A stretch of 64,000 nucleotides of DNA from Thermoanaerobaculia bacterium. GTDB taxonomy: Bacteria > Acidobacteriota > Thermoanaerobaculia > Multivoradales > Multivoraceae. The position numbers and the translations under genes were made by a program. The stretch lies in assembly GCA_963666565.1 (NCBI GenBank), contig OY762911.1:3616001-3680000 (forward strand), read 5' to 3'. Below, piece after piece: positions 47,009-56,900 of the stretch. The number at the start of each line of letters is the position of its first letter. Position 1 is the stretch's first letter. Under the pieces are notes generated by a model. It ran no database searches, was not told the origin of the DNA, and was given only the letters and a program-made list of their open reading frames with translations.

Positions 47009-50000
47009 ATGAGAGTTCCGGCCGCGCCGGCATTGGTACCGATCGTTCTACTGGTCCTGGCGGCGCTCGTCGCCGGCTGCACGCAGGGCACGGGCGCCGA
47101 AGCCCAGGAAACCCCGAGTGCCGTGCCGCTACGGGCCGTTCAGGACGAGGAAACCGGCTCGATCTCGATCTACCGGGAGGGCGAAGAGGAACCGATCGTC
47201 ACCCAGAACGCCGGCGCGGAGCACCGGCCCTTCCTCCACCCGATCGTCGCTCCGGACGGCAAGGGTCTGGCCACGGAGTACAGCCCGGGCCACCACCCTC
47301 ACCAGACCGGGCTCTACTGGGGCTTCACCCGGGTCAACGGCGAGCCGATGGATGCGGACACGCTCCGCCAGTGGTTCTACCGCCGCGACAAGCCGGAGGA
47401 CATCGCCCGCGCCGTCGGCCGGGACTACTTCCACAACCCCGGCGGCGACTACTGGCGCCGCGAGTCGTCGTCCGTCGTGACCGAGTCCGGGACCGAGGTG
47501 CAGTGGCAAACGGTCTACGGCATGCTGGACGCCGACGGCAAGGCCTTCATGACCGAGACCCAGAACTGGTCCATGCGGGCCGAGGAAGACCGCTTCATCC
47601 TCGATCTCGAGTGGGCCGGCGAGGCGCACACCGAAGTCTCGATCAACGAGATGTCCTACGGCGGCATGTTCCTGCGCATGCCCTGGCACAAGGACATCGC
47701 CGGCGAGGCCGTCAACGCGGCCCGCCAGCGCAACCGGCAGGCCGAAGGCCAGCGCGCGATGTGGGTCGACGTCGGCATGCAGGTCGAGGGCCGCGACGAC
47801 CTGCTTCATGTCGCCATCTTCGACCACCCGATGAACGCCGGCTTCCCGCAGACCTGGCGCGTCGACGGCCAGCTCGGCGTCGGCCCGGCGCGGTCACGGA
47901 TGGGCGACTGGCACATCCCCGAGGGCGCGACCGAGGTCATCCGCCATCGCCTGATCGTCTACACCGGCGAACTGAACGACCTCGAACTGACGGAGGACTG
48001 GGAGGACTACACCGGGGCTGCCGAGGGCTCCTACTCGACGTCGTCGCTATGGGGCATCGCCCAGCGGGAAGCGAAGCAGGAGAAGTTCCTGACCCCGGAA
48101 GAGGCGGTCGATGCGATGACCGTGCGCGAGGGATTCAAGGTGAACGCCTGGGCCTCGGAGCCCATGATCACCCAGCCCATGGCCTTCGCCTGGGACGACC
48201 GCGGCCGCATGTGGATCGCCGAGAACCGCGACTACGAGACCCGCGGCCGCGGTTTCTCCGGCTCGGGCGACAGCCGCATCCTGATTCTCGAGGACACGGA
48301 CCGCGACGGCGCCGCCGACAGCAAGAAGGTCTTCGCGGAGGGCATCCCCTTCCCGGCGGCGCTTGCGGTCGGCTTCGACGGCGTCTTCGTGGGCGCGCCG
48401 CCCCACCTGCTGTTTCTCCCCGACCGCGACGGCGACGACGTCGCCGACATGGACGACGCCGAGATCCTGCTGACCGGCTGGGGCATCCGCGACCGTCACG
48501 AGACGATCAACAGCTTCCACTGGGGGCCCGACGGCTGGCTCTACGGCCTCGAAGGGTTCGCGACGCCCTCCAGGATCCGCAAGCCGGGACCAGACGAGAC
48601 GATCTACGGCCACAACGACCCCTTCCCCGACGACCTGTTCGAGTACGACGGCGTCGACATCAACGGCGGCGTCTGGCGCTACCACCCGACGAAGGACCGC
48701 TTCGAGGTCGTGGCCCACGGCTTCAGCAATCCGTGGGGCATCGACTACGACGCGAAGGGCCAGATCTTCATCACCGCCTGCGTGATCCCCCACCTGTTCC
48801 ACGTGGTCCCCGGCGGCATCTACCACCGGCAGGGCGGCAGCCACTTCAACCCGTACGTCTACGGCGACATCCGCACGATCGTCGACCACCGCCACCGCTC
48901 CGCGCACGGCGGCGCCCGCGTCTACCTCTCGGACGCCTTCCCCGAGGAGCACTACGGCCGGCTCTTCATGGCGAACATCCACGAGCACGCGGTGCTCTCG
49001 GACGAACTCGAACCCAGGGGCTCCGGCTTCGTCGCCCACCACGGCGAGGACTTCCTGCTGGCCAACAACAAGCAGTGGGTCGGCTTCAGCATGGAGATCG
49101 GGCCGGGCGGCGACGTCTACGTCCTCGACTGGCACGACGCGGATATCTGCGGCAACGACGTCCAGCACAAGGAGACCGGACGGATCTTCCGCATCACGCC
49201 CGAGCAGTCCCTGGCGGACGACTGGGAGGGCCGCTACGACGACGTCAAGACGATGTCGAACGACCAACTCGTCGAGCTGCAGCTCTCGAAGAGCGCCTGG
49301 CACGCGCGCCGGGCGCGGGTCGTCCTCCAGGGCCGCGCGGCCAGCGGCGAAGTCGACGCCCCGGTCCACGAGACGCTGCGCGAGATGTTCGCGTCGAACC
49401 CGGACGGCGACCTGCGCCTGCGGGCGATGTGGGCGCTCCACGTCACCGGCGGCTTCACGTCCGGCGAGCTGACGACGGCTCTGGACGACGAGGACCAGCA
49501 CGTCCGGGCCTGGGCGATCCAGCTCCTGACCGAAGACCACGACGCGCCCGCCGCCGCAACGGAGAAGTTCATCGAGCTGGCGGACCGGGACGCTTCGCCG
49601 ATCGTCCGCCTCTACCTCGCGGCGGCCCTCCAGCGCGTCGAGCACGACGTCCGCTGGTCGATCGCCGAGCACCTGGTCATGAAGGGCGACGACGCGGACG
49701 ACCACAACATTCCGAAGATGATCTGGTTCGGCATCGAGCCCCTCGTTCCCGAGGACCCGAAGCGTGCCCTGCGGCTGGCCAGGACCTCGCAGATCCCGAT
49801 GCTCACGGAGAACATCGCGCGCCGCGCGGTGGACGCGGACGAGCTGAAGTTCCTCGTCACCTCGCTCGACGACCGCTCCGAGGCCCGGCCGGCCCTGCTC
49901 CGGGGCATGCTGGCCGGACTCGAAGGTCAGGTCTACGCCGAGCCCCCGGACAACTGGGAACGGGTCCACGGCCGGCTGAAGCGCGACCGCAACGTCGCCG

Positions 50001-50944
50001 ATCTCGCCCTCCAGGTCGAGCAGCAGTTCGGCGGCGTCGAGGTCGCGCGGCAGTTCCTCGCCACGCTCGACGACGAGAGCGCGGCGCCCGAAGATCGGCG
50101 ACGGGCCATCCAGGGCCTGGCCGACCAGCAGCACCAGGCACTCCGCGAGCGGCTTCCGGCCCTGCTGGACGAACCGGAGCTGCGGATCGCCGCGATCCGC
50201 GGCTTCGCCGCGTTCGACGGAGGCTGGGAAATGGGGTTGCTGCTGATGGGGCGCTACGAGACCTTCAACGCAGACGAGAAGCTCGCCGCCGTCCAGACCC
50301 TGTCCTCCCGCCCCATCTACGGCAGGATCCTGATGGGGGCGATCGACAAGGGAGGCGTCCCGCGGCGCGACGTGCCGGCCTACGTCGCCCGTCAGCTCCA
50401 CCGCGTCGTCGGCAGCGGCTTTCTCGAGGTCTGGGGGCCGATCACCCGGGTCTCCAGCGAGAAGGCCGCGGCCATCGCGAAGTACACGACGATCTTGAGC
50501 GACGACGCGATCGCCGCGGCCGACACCGACCGCGGCGAGCAGATGTTCACCGAGCTTTGCGCCGTGTGCCACCAGATGTTCGGCGAGGGCGGCCTCATCG
50601 GTCCCGACCTCACGGGATCCAACCGCACGGAACTCGACTACCTGCTGACGAACATCCTCGACCCGAGCGGCGACATCCAGGACGTCTACCAGACACTGAT
50701 GGTGACCACCCGGGACGGCCGCACCTGGTCCGGCACCGTCGCCACCAAGAGCCCCCGCTCCCTGACCCTGCGCGTCGTCGGCCAGGACGAAGTCGTCATC
50801 GCGCAGTCGGATATCCAGTCGTTCGACTACTTCCCGCTCTCGATGATGCCGGAGGGGCTGCTCGATCCGTACGACGACGACGAGGTGACGGACCTCGTGG
50901 CGTACCTGATGACCGCGCAGGAAGCGAACGAGCAGGGCCCGTAG
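47009..50944 (+). CDS. lipoprotein: PmoA-like (DUF6807-type) domain + PVC-type beta-propeller dehydrogenase domain + HEAT repeats + cytochrome c
   Basis: Lipobox VAGC; HPHQTGLYWG, YGGMFLR; WDDRGRMW, WGPDGWLYG, GFSNPWG; CAVCH...IGPDLTG...SMMPEGL; start at ATG 47009 after AGGAGG. Confidence 0.88.
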   Translation: MRVPAAPALVPIVLLVLAALVAGCTQGTGAEAQETPSAVPLRAVQDEETGSISIYREGEEEPIVTQNAGAEHRPFLHPIVAPDGKGLATEYSPGHHPHQTGLYWGFTRVNGEPMDADTLRQWFYRRDKPEDIARAVGRDYFHNPGGDYWRRESSSVVTESGTEVQWQTVYGMLDADGKAFMTETQNWSMRAEEDRFILDLEWAGEAHTEVSINEMSYGGMFLRMPWHKDIAGEAVNAARQRNRQAEGQRAMWVDVGMQVEGRDDLLHVAIFDHPMNAGFPQTWRVDGQLGVGPARSRMGDWHIPEGATEVIRHRLIVYTGELNDLELTEDWEDYTGAAEGSYSTSSLWGIAQREAKQEKFLTPEEAVDAMTVREGFKVNAWASEPMITQPMAFAWDDRGRMWIAENRDYETRGRGFSGSGDSRILILEDTDRDGAADSKKVFAEGIPFPAALAVGFDGVFVGAPPHLLFLPDRDGDDVADMDDAEILLTGWGIRDRHETINSFHWGPDGWLYGLEGFATPSRIRKPGPDETIYGHNDPFPDDLFEYDGVDINGGVWRYHPTKDRFEVVAHGFSNPWGIDYDAKGQIFITACVIPHLFHVVPGGIYHRQGGSHFNPYVYGDIRTIVDHRHRSAHGGARVYLSDAFPEEHYGRLFMANIHEHAVLSDELEPRGSGFVAHHGEDFLLANNKQWVGFSMEIGPGGDVYVLDWHDADICGNDVQHKETGRIFRITPEQSLADDWEGRYDDVKTMSNDQLVELQLSKSAWHARRARVVLQGRAASGEVDAPVHETLREMFASNPDGDLRLRAMWALHVTGGFTSGELTTALDDEDQHVRAWAIQLLTEDHDAPAAATEKFIELADRDASPIVRLYLAAALQRVEHDVRWSIAEHLVMKGDDADDHNIPKMIWFGIEPLVPEDPKRALRLARTSQIPMLTENIARRAVDADELKFLVTSLDDRSEARPALLRGMLAGLEGQVYAEPPDNWERVHGRLKRDRNVADLALQVEQQFGGVEVARQFLATLDDESAAPEDRRRAIQGLADQQHQALRERLPALLDEPELRIAAIRGFAAFDGGWEMGLLLMGRYETFNADEKLAAVQTLSSRPIYGRILMGAIDKGGVPRRDVPAYVARQLHRVVGSGFLEVWGPITRVSSEKAAAIAKYTTILSDDAIAAADTDRGEQMFTELCAVCHQMFGEGGLIGPDLTGSNRTELDYLLTNILDPSGDIQDVYQTLMVTTRDGRTWSGTVATKSPRSLTLRVVGQDEVVIAQSDIQSFDYFPLSMMPEGLLDPYDDDEVTDLVAYLMTAQEANEQGP

Positions 50945-51074
50945 TGTTCCGCCTGAGAAAGCCGGATGCAGGCAAGGAGCCCTGGCGCAGTCCGTTGCCT
51001 CCGATGAGGGACCCACGGCCTGGTTCGCGGGCCTCGCGGATGCCGCCGCCCGGGTTGCCAGGAGCGACAGGAAG

Positions 51075-52187
51075 ATGACGAACGTCGCCATGATCGGCCT
51101 CGGCTTCGGCGCCGAGTTCATCCCCATCTACCAGTCCTGTCCCGGCGCCAACGTCCACGCGATCTGCCGCCGCGACGAAGCGGAACTCAACCAGGTGGGC
51201 GACCAGTTCGGGATCGAGCGTCGCTACACGGACTACGACGACGTGCTCGCCGATCCGGACGTCGACTACGTCCACATCAACACGCCGATCCCGGACCACG
51301 CCTGGATGTCGCTTGCCGCGCTCGACGCCGGCAAGCACGTCATGTGTACCGTGCCGATGGCGACGACCGTCGACGACTGCCGCAAGATCGTCGAGAAGGT
51401 CGCGGAAACGGGCCTCAGGTACATGATGGCCGAGACGGTCGTCTACAGCCGCGAGTTCCTGTTCATCAAGGAGCTGTACGACAAGGGCGAACTCGGCGAC
51501 ATCCAGCACCTGGCGGCCTCGCACCCGCAGGACATGGACGGCTGGCCGTCCTACTGGGAGCGGATGATCCCGATGCACTACGCGACCCACGTCGTCAGCC
51601 CCTGCCTGGGCCTGGTCGACGGCCTGGCCGAGTACGTGAGCTGCTTCGGTTCAGGCGTCGTTCGCGACGACATCGCGGAGAAGTCCGGCAACCGCTTCGC
51701 CGTCGAGACCTGCCACATCAGGGTCAAGGACAGCGACCTGGTCGCCCACATCTGGCGCTTCCTCTACGACGTCGCCCGGCAGTACCGCGAGAGCTTCGAC
51801 GTCTACGGCACGAAGAAGAGCTTCGAGTGGACGCTGATCGAGGACGAACCCCACGTCCTGCACACCGCGAAGAAACCCGAGCCGGAGATCCCGGAGAAGG
51901 TCGAGGTGCCCGACTACGCGCACCTCCTGCCGCAGGAGATCCGGCACTTCACCCTGCCCCAGGAGATCCACGACGCGGAGCATCTCTCCTTCATCCAGGG
52001 CGGCGGCCACGGCGGCTCCCATCCCCACCTCGTCCACGAGTTCCTGAGCGCGCTCGGCGACGACCGCGATCCCTGGCCGAACGCGGTCACCAGCGCCAAC
52101 TGGACCTGCGTCGGCATCTGCGCCCACGAGTCCGCCAACAAGGGCGGCGAGATCGTCCGGCTGCCCGGCTTCACGCTCGGAGCTTGA
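51075..52187 (+). CDS. Gfo/Idh/MocA family oxidoreductase
   Basis: GLGFG Rossmann motif, HINTPIPDHA, GKHVMCTVPM, GHGGSHPHL. Confidence 0.9.
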   Translation: MTNVAMIGLGFGAEFIPIYQSCPGANVHAICRRDEAELNQVGDQFGIERRYTDYDDVLADPDVDYVHINTPIPDHAWMSLAALDAGKHVMCTVPMATTVDDCRKIVEKVAETGLRYMMAETVVYSREFLFIKELYDKGELGDIQHLAASHPQDMDGWPSYWERMIPMHYATHVVSPCLGLVDGLAEYVSCFGSGVVRDDIAEKSGNRFAVETCHIRVKDSDLVAHIWRFLYDVARQYRESFDVYGTKKSFEWTLIEDEPHVLHTAKKPEPEIPEKVEVPDYAHLLPQEIRHFTLPQEIHDAEHLSFIQGGGHGGSHPHLVHEFLSALGDDRDPWPNAVTSANWTCVGICAHESANKGGEIVRLPGFTLGA

Positions 52188-52230
52188 AACTGCCTACCCC
52201 CAACGCAACGGACCGCCTTCAGGAGGGCCA

Positions 52231-53664
52231 ATGAACAAGACGAAACTACTGATCGCGAGCTTCCTCACCATCCTGGTTGCCGGCCTTGGCACGGCGGTCC
52301 GGGGCGGCCTCCTTCTGGAGTGGGGCACGGCGTTCGGCTTCACGCAGACGGAACTCGGACAGATCACCGGCGGCGGCTTCGTCGGCTTCGGACTCGTCAT
52401 CCTCGTCGCCAGCGCGTTCCTCGACCGCTACGGTTACAAGCCGTTCCTGCTGGGCGCGGGCGTTCTGCACGTGCTGTCGGTCGTCGTGGCCGTCGCGGCC
52501 ACCTTCGTCTACAACGGATCGATCGAAACGAACCCGGACTTCGCCCGTGCCGGGGCCTACTTCTGCCTGTTCTGGGGCGTCTTCATCTTCGCGGTCGCGA
52601 ACGGCATCTGCGAAGCGGTCATCAACCCGCTGGTCGCGACCCTGTACCGCAAGGAGAAGACCCACTACCTGAACATCCTGCACGCCGGCTGGCCCGCCGG
52701 CCTGATCTGCGGCTCTCTCCTGGGTATCGGCCTGATCGGCCGCGTGCGCTGGGAGATCGTCCTCGCGCTCTATCTCGTTCCGACCCTCATCTATGTCCTG
52801 ATGATGGTCAAGGAGAAGTTCCCCACGTCCGAGGCGGCCGCCGCCGGCGTCAAGTTCGTCGACATGGTCAAGGAGTTCGCGGCGCCCATGCTGCTCTTCC
52901 TGCTCGTGCTCCACGTCTGCATCGGCTACGTCGAGCTCGGCACGGACAGTTGGATCGTCAACATCATGGACACCGTCCTCGGCGGCAAGGGGTTGTTCAT
53001 CCTGCTCTACACGTCCATCCTGATGTTCGTGCTGCGCTTCTTCGCCGGCCCGATCGTTCACCGGATCAATCCGCTCGGCCTGCTGTTCGTGAGCGCCGTC
53101 GTCGCCGCCATCGGCCTCTACTCGCTCGGTTCGCTCGCAGGCGCGGTCACCGTCATGATCGCCGCCACGATCTACGGCGCCGGCAAGGCCTTCTTCTGGC
53201 CGACCATGCTGGCCGTCGTCTCCGAGCGCTTCCCGCGCGGCGGCGCCCTGACGCTGGGCGCCGTCGGCGGCGTCGGCATGCTCTCGGCGGGGCTGCTCGG
53301 TGGACCGGGCATCGGCTACCTCCAGGACCGGCACGCCTCGCAGCACCTGCTGGAAAACAGACCCGCCGTCTACGAGGAGTACAAGGCCGAAGGCACGAAC
53401 AGCTTCCTGTTCTTCGCCCCGGTCCAGGGCCTCGACGGCTCGAAGGCCGGCCCGGTCATGGAGAAGGCGAAGGACTTCAGCATCACGCTACCGCCGGACG
53501 AGCAGGCGGTGCGCGACGCGTCGTTCCACGGCGGCCAGACCGCCCTGCGGATCACCGCGGCCATACCCGTGTTCATGGCGCTCGGCTTCCTCTACCTGAT
53601 CCTCCACTTCCGGCGTGCAGGCGGCTACAAGCAGATCGAACTGGAGGCGCAGCAGGAGACCTGA
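52231..53664 (+). CDS. MFS transporter (sugar/fucose permease-like)
   Basis: About 12 TM segments, DRYGYK, EAVINPLV, FFWPTML. Confidence 0.88.
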   Translation: MNKTKLLIASFLTILVAGLGTAVRGGLLLEWGTAFGFTQTELGQITGGGFVGFGLVILVASAFLDRYGYKPFLLGAGVLHVLSVVVAVAATFVYNGSIETNPDFARAGAYFCLFWGVFIFAVANGICEAVINPLVATLYRKEKTHYLNILHAGWPAGLICGSLLGIGLIGRVRWEIVLALYLVPTLIYVLMMVKEKFPTSEAAAAGVKFVDMVKEFAAPMLLFLLVLHVCIGYVELGTDSWIVNIMDTVLGGKGLFILLYTSILMFVLRFFAGPIVHRINPLGLLFVSAVVAAIGLYSLGSLAGAVTVMIAATIYGAGKAFFWPTMLAVVSERFPRGGALTLGAVGGVGMLSAGLLGGPGIGYLQDRHASQHLLENRPAVYEEYKAEGTNSFLFFAPVQGLDGSKAGPVMEKAKDFSITLPPDEQAVRDASFHGGQTALRITAAIPVFMALGFLYLILHFRRAGGYKQIELEAQQET

Positions 53665-53697
53665 AAGGAACCGCGCGACCGAAGGCCTGCCCACACG

Positions 53698-53784
53698 ATG
53701 ACCGACCTGCTCGGCGCGGCGCCGGGTCTCTACGAGTCGGTGGAAGACATCGACCGGGAGATCGAGGACGGGCGAGCGGAGTGA
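53698..53784 (+). pseudogene. possible antitoxin C-terminal remnant
   Basis: MTDLLGAAPGLYESVEDIDREIEDGRAE*, resembling acidic type II antitoxin tails. Confidence 0.35.
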
Positions 53785-53912
53785 GGCCTCGTCCGTCGTG
53801 AGTCGTCGCGTGCGGGCGCTTCAGGACCTGGACGGCTGAGGACGAAGGGGGCTAGCGCCTCGTGGTCCGGCGCGTCCTTCCGGTAGCCTCCACCGTCTGC
53901 CAACGCCCCAAG

Positions 53913-56900
53913 ATGCCCGATTCGCCACTCAGTGAGCTGCGCGGCAAGCGCAGGATCACGGTTCCCCTGGATGCCGGCCGGGCACCGACCTTGGCCGCCG
54001 CTGCCGAAGTCGTCCTCGGCGACGACCCGCATGGCGGCGAGCTGCAGGTCCTGATCGCGAAACGCCACGGAGCCGGCGACCCGTCGATCCCGGAGCTCCG
54101 CACGCTGCATCGCTGGCGACAGGGCAAGAGGACGTTTCCACTGGTGACGGTGATCCGCCCTGACACGGAAGAACCGGGGACGATCAGAGACGTCAGCGCC
54201 GCGACTGGCGCGGAAACCAACCAGCCGAGCCTGCTGACCGACCGCGGCGACGAAGCCTCGTTTCGCCAGCGCTGGCTCAGCGGGCAGGGAGGTTTCTCCG
54301 AAGAGAGTGCAACCGGCGAGCCGTCCTGGGTTCTCGTGCTGGGACCGGACCTGGAGGTAGCCCCCGCACGACTTCCCGAGGAACAGGCGGCGCGGATGCT
54401 CCAGGCCGCCCTCGACGAACCGTCCGCGGTTTCGGCCCGGCGGCGAATCGTCGGCCTGCTGAAGCAGTCGGCGGGAACCGGAGACGACACCGGCACGCGC
54501 CCCGGCATGAACAACGCCGGTCTCTTCTCACGGCACTACCTGGTCCGATCTCTGCCGGGCGAGGCACGCTGGACGGCGGCGCGGCGGCGCGCGCGGCTGC
54601 TGCTTGACCGACGCGGCATGGACCTGATCCGCGGCCTCGGCTTCCGGATCGGCGATCGATTCGATCAGGCTCTCGTCCTCTTGGGCAAGAACAGCGGACA
54701 GCGCGCAGTCGCCGTCCTTCTCGAACGAACGGAGACCTTTGAAGCCGGGAGCGGGCGTCTCGGCATGTCGCCCGCCGCCTACGGTCTGGACAGGGCCTCG
54801 AAGCGTGGCGCGGAGTGGCTCATCCTGCTCCGAGGCGATCAGATTCGCCTCTACGCCACGAAGCCGGGAACGGGGGTCGGCAGCCGAAGCCCGGTAGACA
54901 CATGGTTCCAACTAGACCTCGCCGCGCTCGCCCCGGAGGACGCCGGGTACCTGGACCTGGTCTTCTCCGCCGCCGCTCTCTCGCCGGAGGGCGCCGTCGC
55001 CAACCTGCTCGCCAGATCGAGGCAGTTCGCCACCGACCTCGGCGATCGTCTCCGGCAGCGCGTGTACGAGCGGGTCATTCCCGGCCTCGCCGTTGGCGTA
55101 GCGGAAGCGCTGGACCGGCTGCCGGGGCGCGAGGGGTCGGGCGACCTGAGCTACGCCTACCGGCTCAGCCTGCGGATCTTCTTCCGGCTCCTCTTCCAGG
55201 CCTACGCCGAAGACCGCGGCCTCCTTCCCTACGGCCGGAACGATCGCTTCGACCTCCACTCCCTGAAGCGCCTCGCCGTCACGCTCTCCTCCTCCGACAG
55301 GCCAGCCGCGACGTTCGACGCCGGCGCCACCACCCTGTGGCGCGACCTCCAGACGATCTGGAAGGCGATCGACAAGGGCGACCGCGGACTGGACGTCCCC
55401 GCCTACAACGGTGGCCTGTTCGACGCGGACCCCGGCTTCCGGCGCGAGGGTACGGACCTCGCGGACATCGAACTCGGCGATGACTGCATCGGGCCGGCCC
55501 TGCGCGACCTGCTGGTCGACGAGACTCCGGACGGCGACGTCGGCCCCGTCGACTTCCGGTCACTCTCCGTGCGCGAGTTCGGGACGATCTACGAAGGGCT
55601 GCTCGAGTCCGAGTTGAGCCGGGCAGACATGGACCTGACGATCGACAAGAAGAACGTCTACGTGCCCGCTCGGCCGAAAGACGAGGTCGTCGTCCCGAAG
55701 GGTGACGTCTACTTCCACAACCGGTCCGGCGAGCGCAAGGCGACCGGCTCCTACTTCACGCCCGAGTTCGCGGTGGAGCACCTGTTGGACCACGCGCTGG
55801 AGCCAGTCCTCGCGGAGCACCTGAAGCGCGTGGAGAAACTGCACGACCGGGGCGACCACGCGAGCGCCGCCGAGGCCTTCTGGGACTTCCGCGTCGCCGA
55901 CATCTCGATGGGCTCGGGCCACTTCCTGATCGCGGCCGTCGACCGCATCGAGCGGGGGATGCGCAGGTTCCTGGCGGACCGCCCGCTCGCCAGCGTGAAC
56001 GACGAACTCCGCCGGCTCGAGCGCAAGGCGCGCGAAGCGCTCGGGTCCCCGGGCGACCGCCGGCGGGACGGTCCCGAACTCGAGCCCTCGACGCTGCTCC
56101 GCCGCCAGATCGCCCGCCGTTGCATCCATGGCGTGGACGTGAACGAGACCGCCGTTGAGCTCGCGCGGGTCGCGGCCTGGATCCACACCTTCGTGCCCGG
56201 CTTGCCCATGTCGACGCTCGATCACAACCTCGTCCGCGGCGATTCGCTGACCGGTATCGGCACGGTGGACGAGGCGCTCGACGTGCTGGACCCGGATCGG
56301 GGCACTGCACAGGGGTCGCTGTTCTCGCAGCCGATCGAGGAGGCCATGGCCGAAGCGGCCGAGGCGCTCGGAGAGGTGGCCGCTGCTCAGGAAGCAGACA
56401 CGGCGGAGGTCCTACGGAATCGCGAGGCGCTGGAAGACGCGAAGGCCCGAGCCGTGCCGGCCCGCCGCCTCTTTGACGCCGCGGTCGCGGTCCGGCTGGG
56501 CGTTGCCGAGACTAAGGCCGTGGGCGACGTAGAGGCGATCGCCAGGATCGCCGACCGGCCCGAGGTCGAAGGCGAGATAGAGCGCCTGCAGCCGGTCCAC
56601 ATGCCGCTTCGGTTCCCGCAGGTGTTCGAGAGAGAGTCGCCCGGGTTCGACGTTCTGATCGGGAATCCGCCTTGGGAAGAAGCAACGGTGGAAGAACTCG
56701 GGTTTTGGACAGCCCGGTTTCCCGGTCTCAAGGCACTGAGGCAGCAAGAGCAGATCCCGAGAATCCAACAGATCCGCCAAGACCGTCCGGATCTGGTGAC
56801 CCACCTAGACAACGAGGTCTCCCGTGCCCAGCGCCTCAGGAATGCACTCCACGCCGGCCCGTATCCCGGCATGGGAACCGGTGACCCAGACCTCTACAAG

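Noticed and set aside
47009-48000. Methane monooxygenase
   Set aside because: The PmoA-like label refers to a soluble domain family; no pmoCAB membrane subunits are present
46435-51078. Very long alternative-frame and antisense ORFs (e.g. 46435-51078, 6204-9797, 19121-22468, 4937-8221, 13511-16873)
   Set aside because: Arg/Pro/Gly-rich shadows of real genes, expected at high GC; no recognisable motifs
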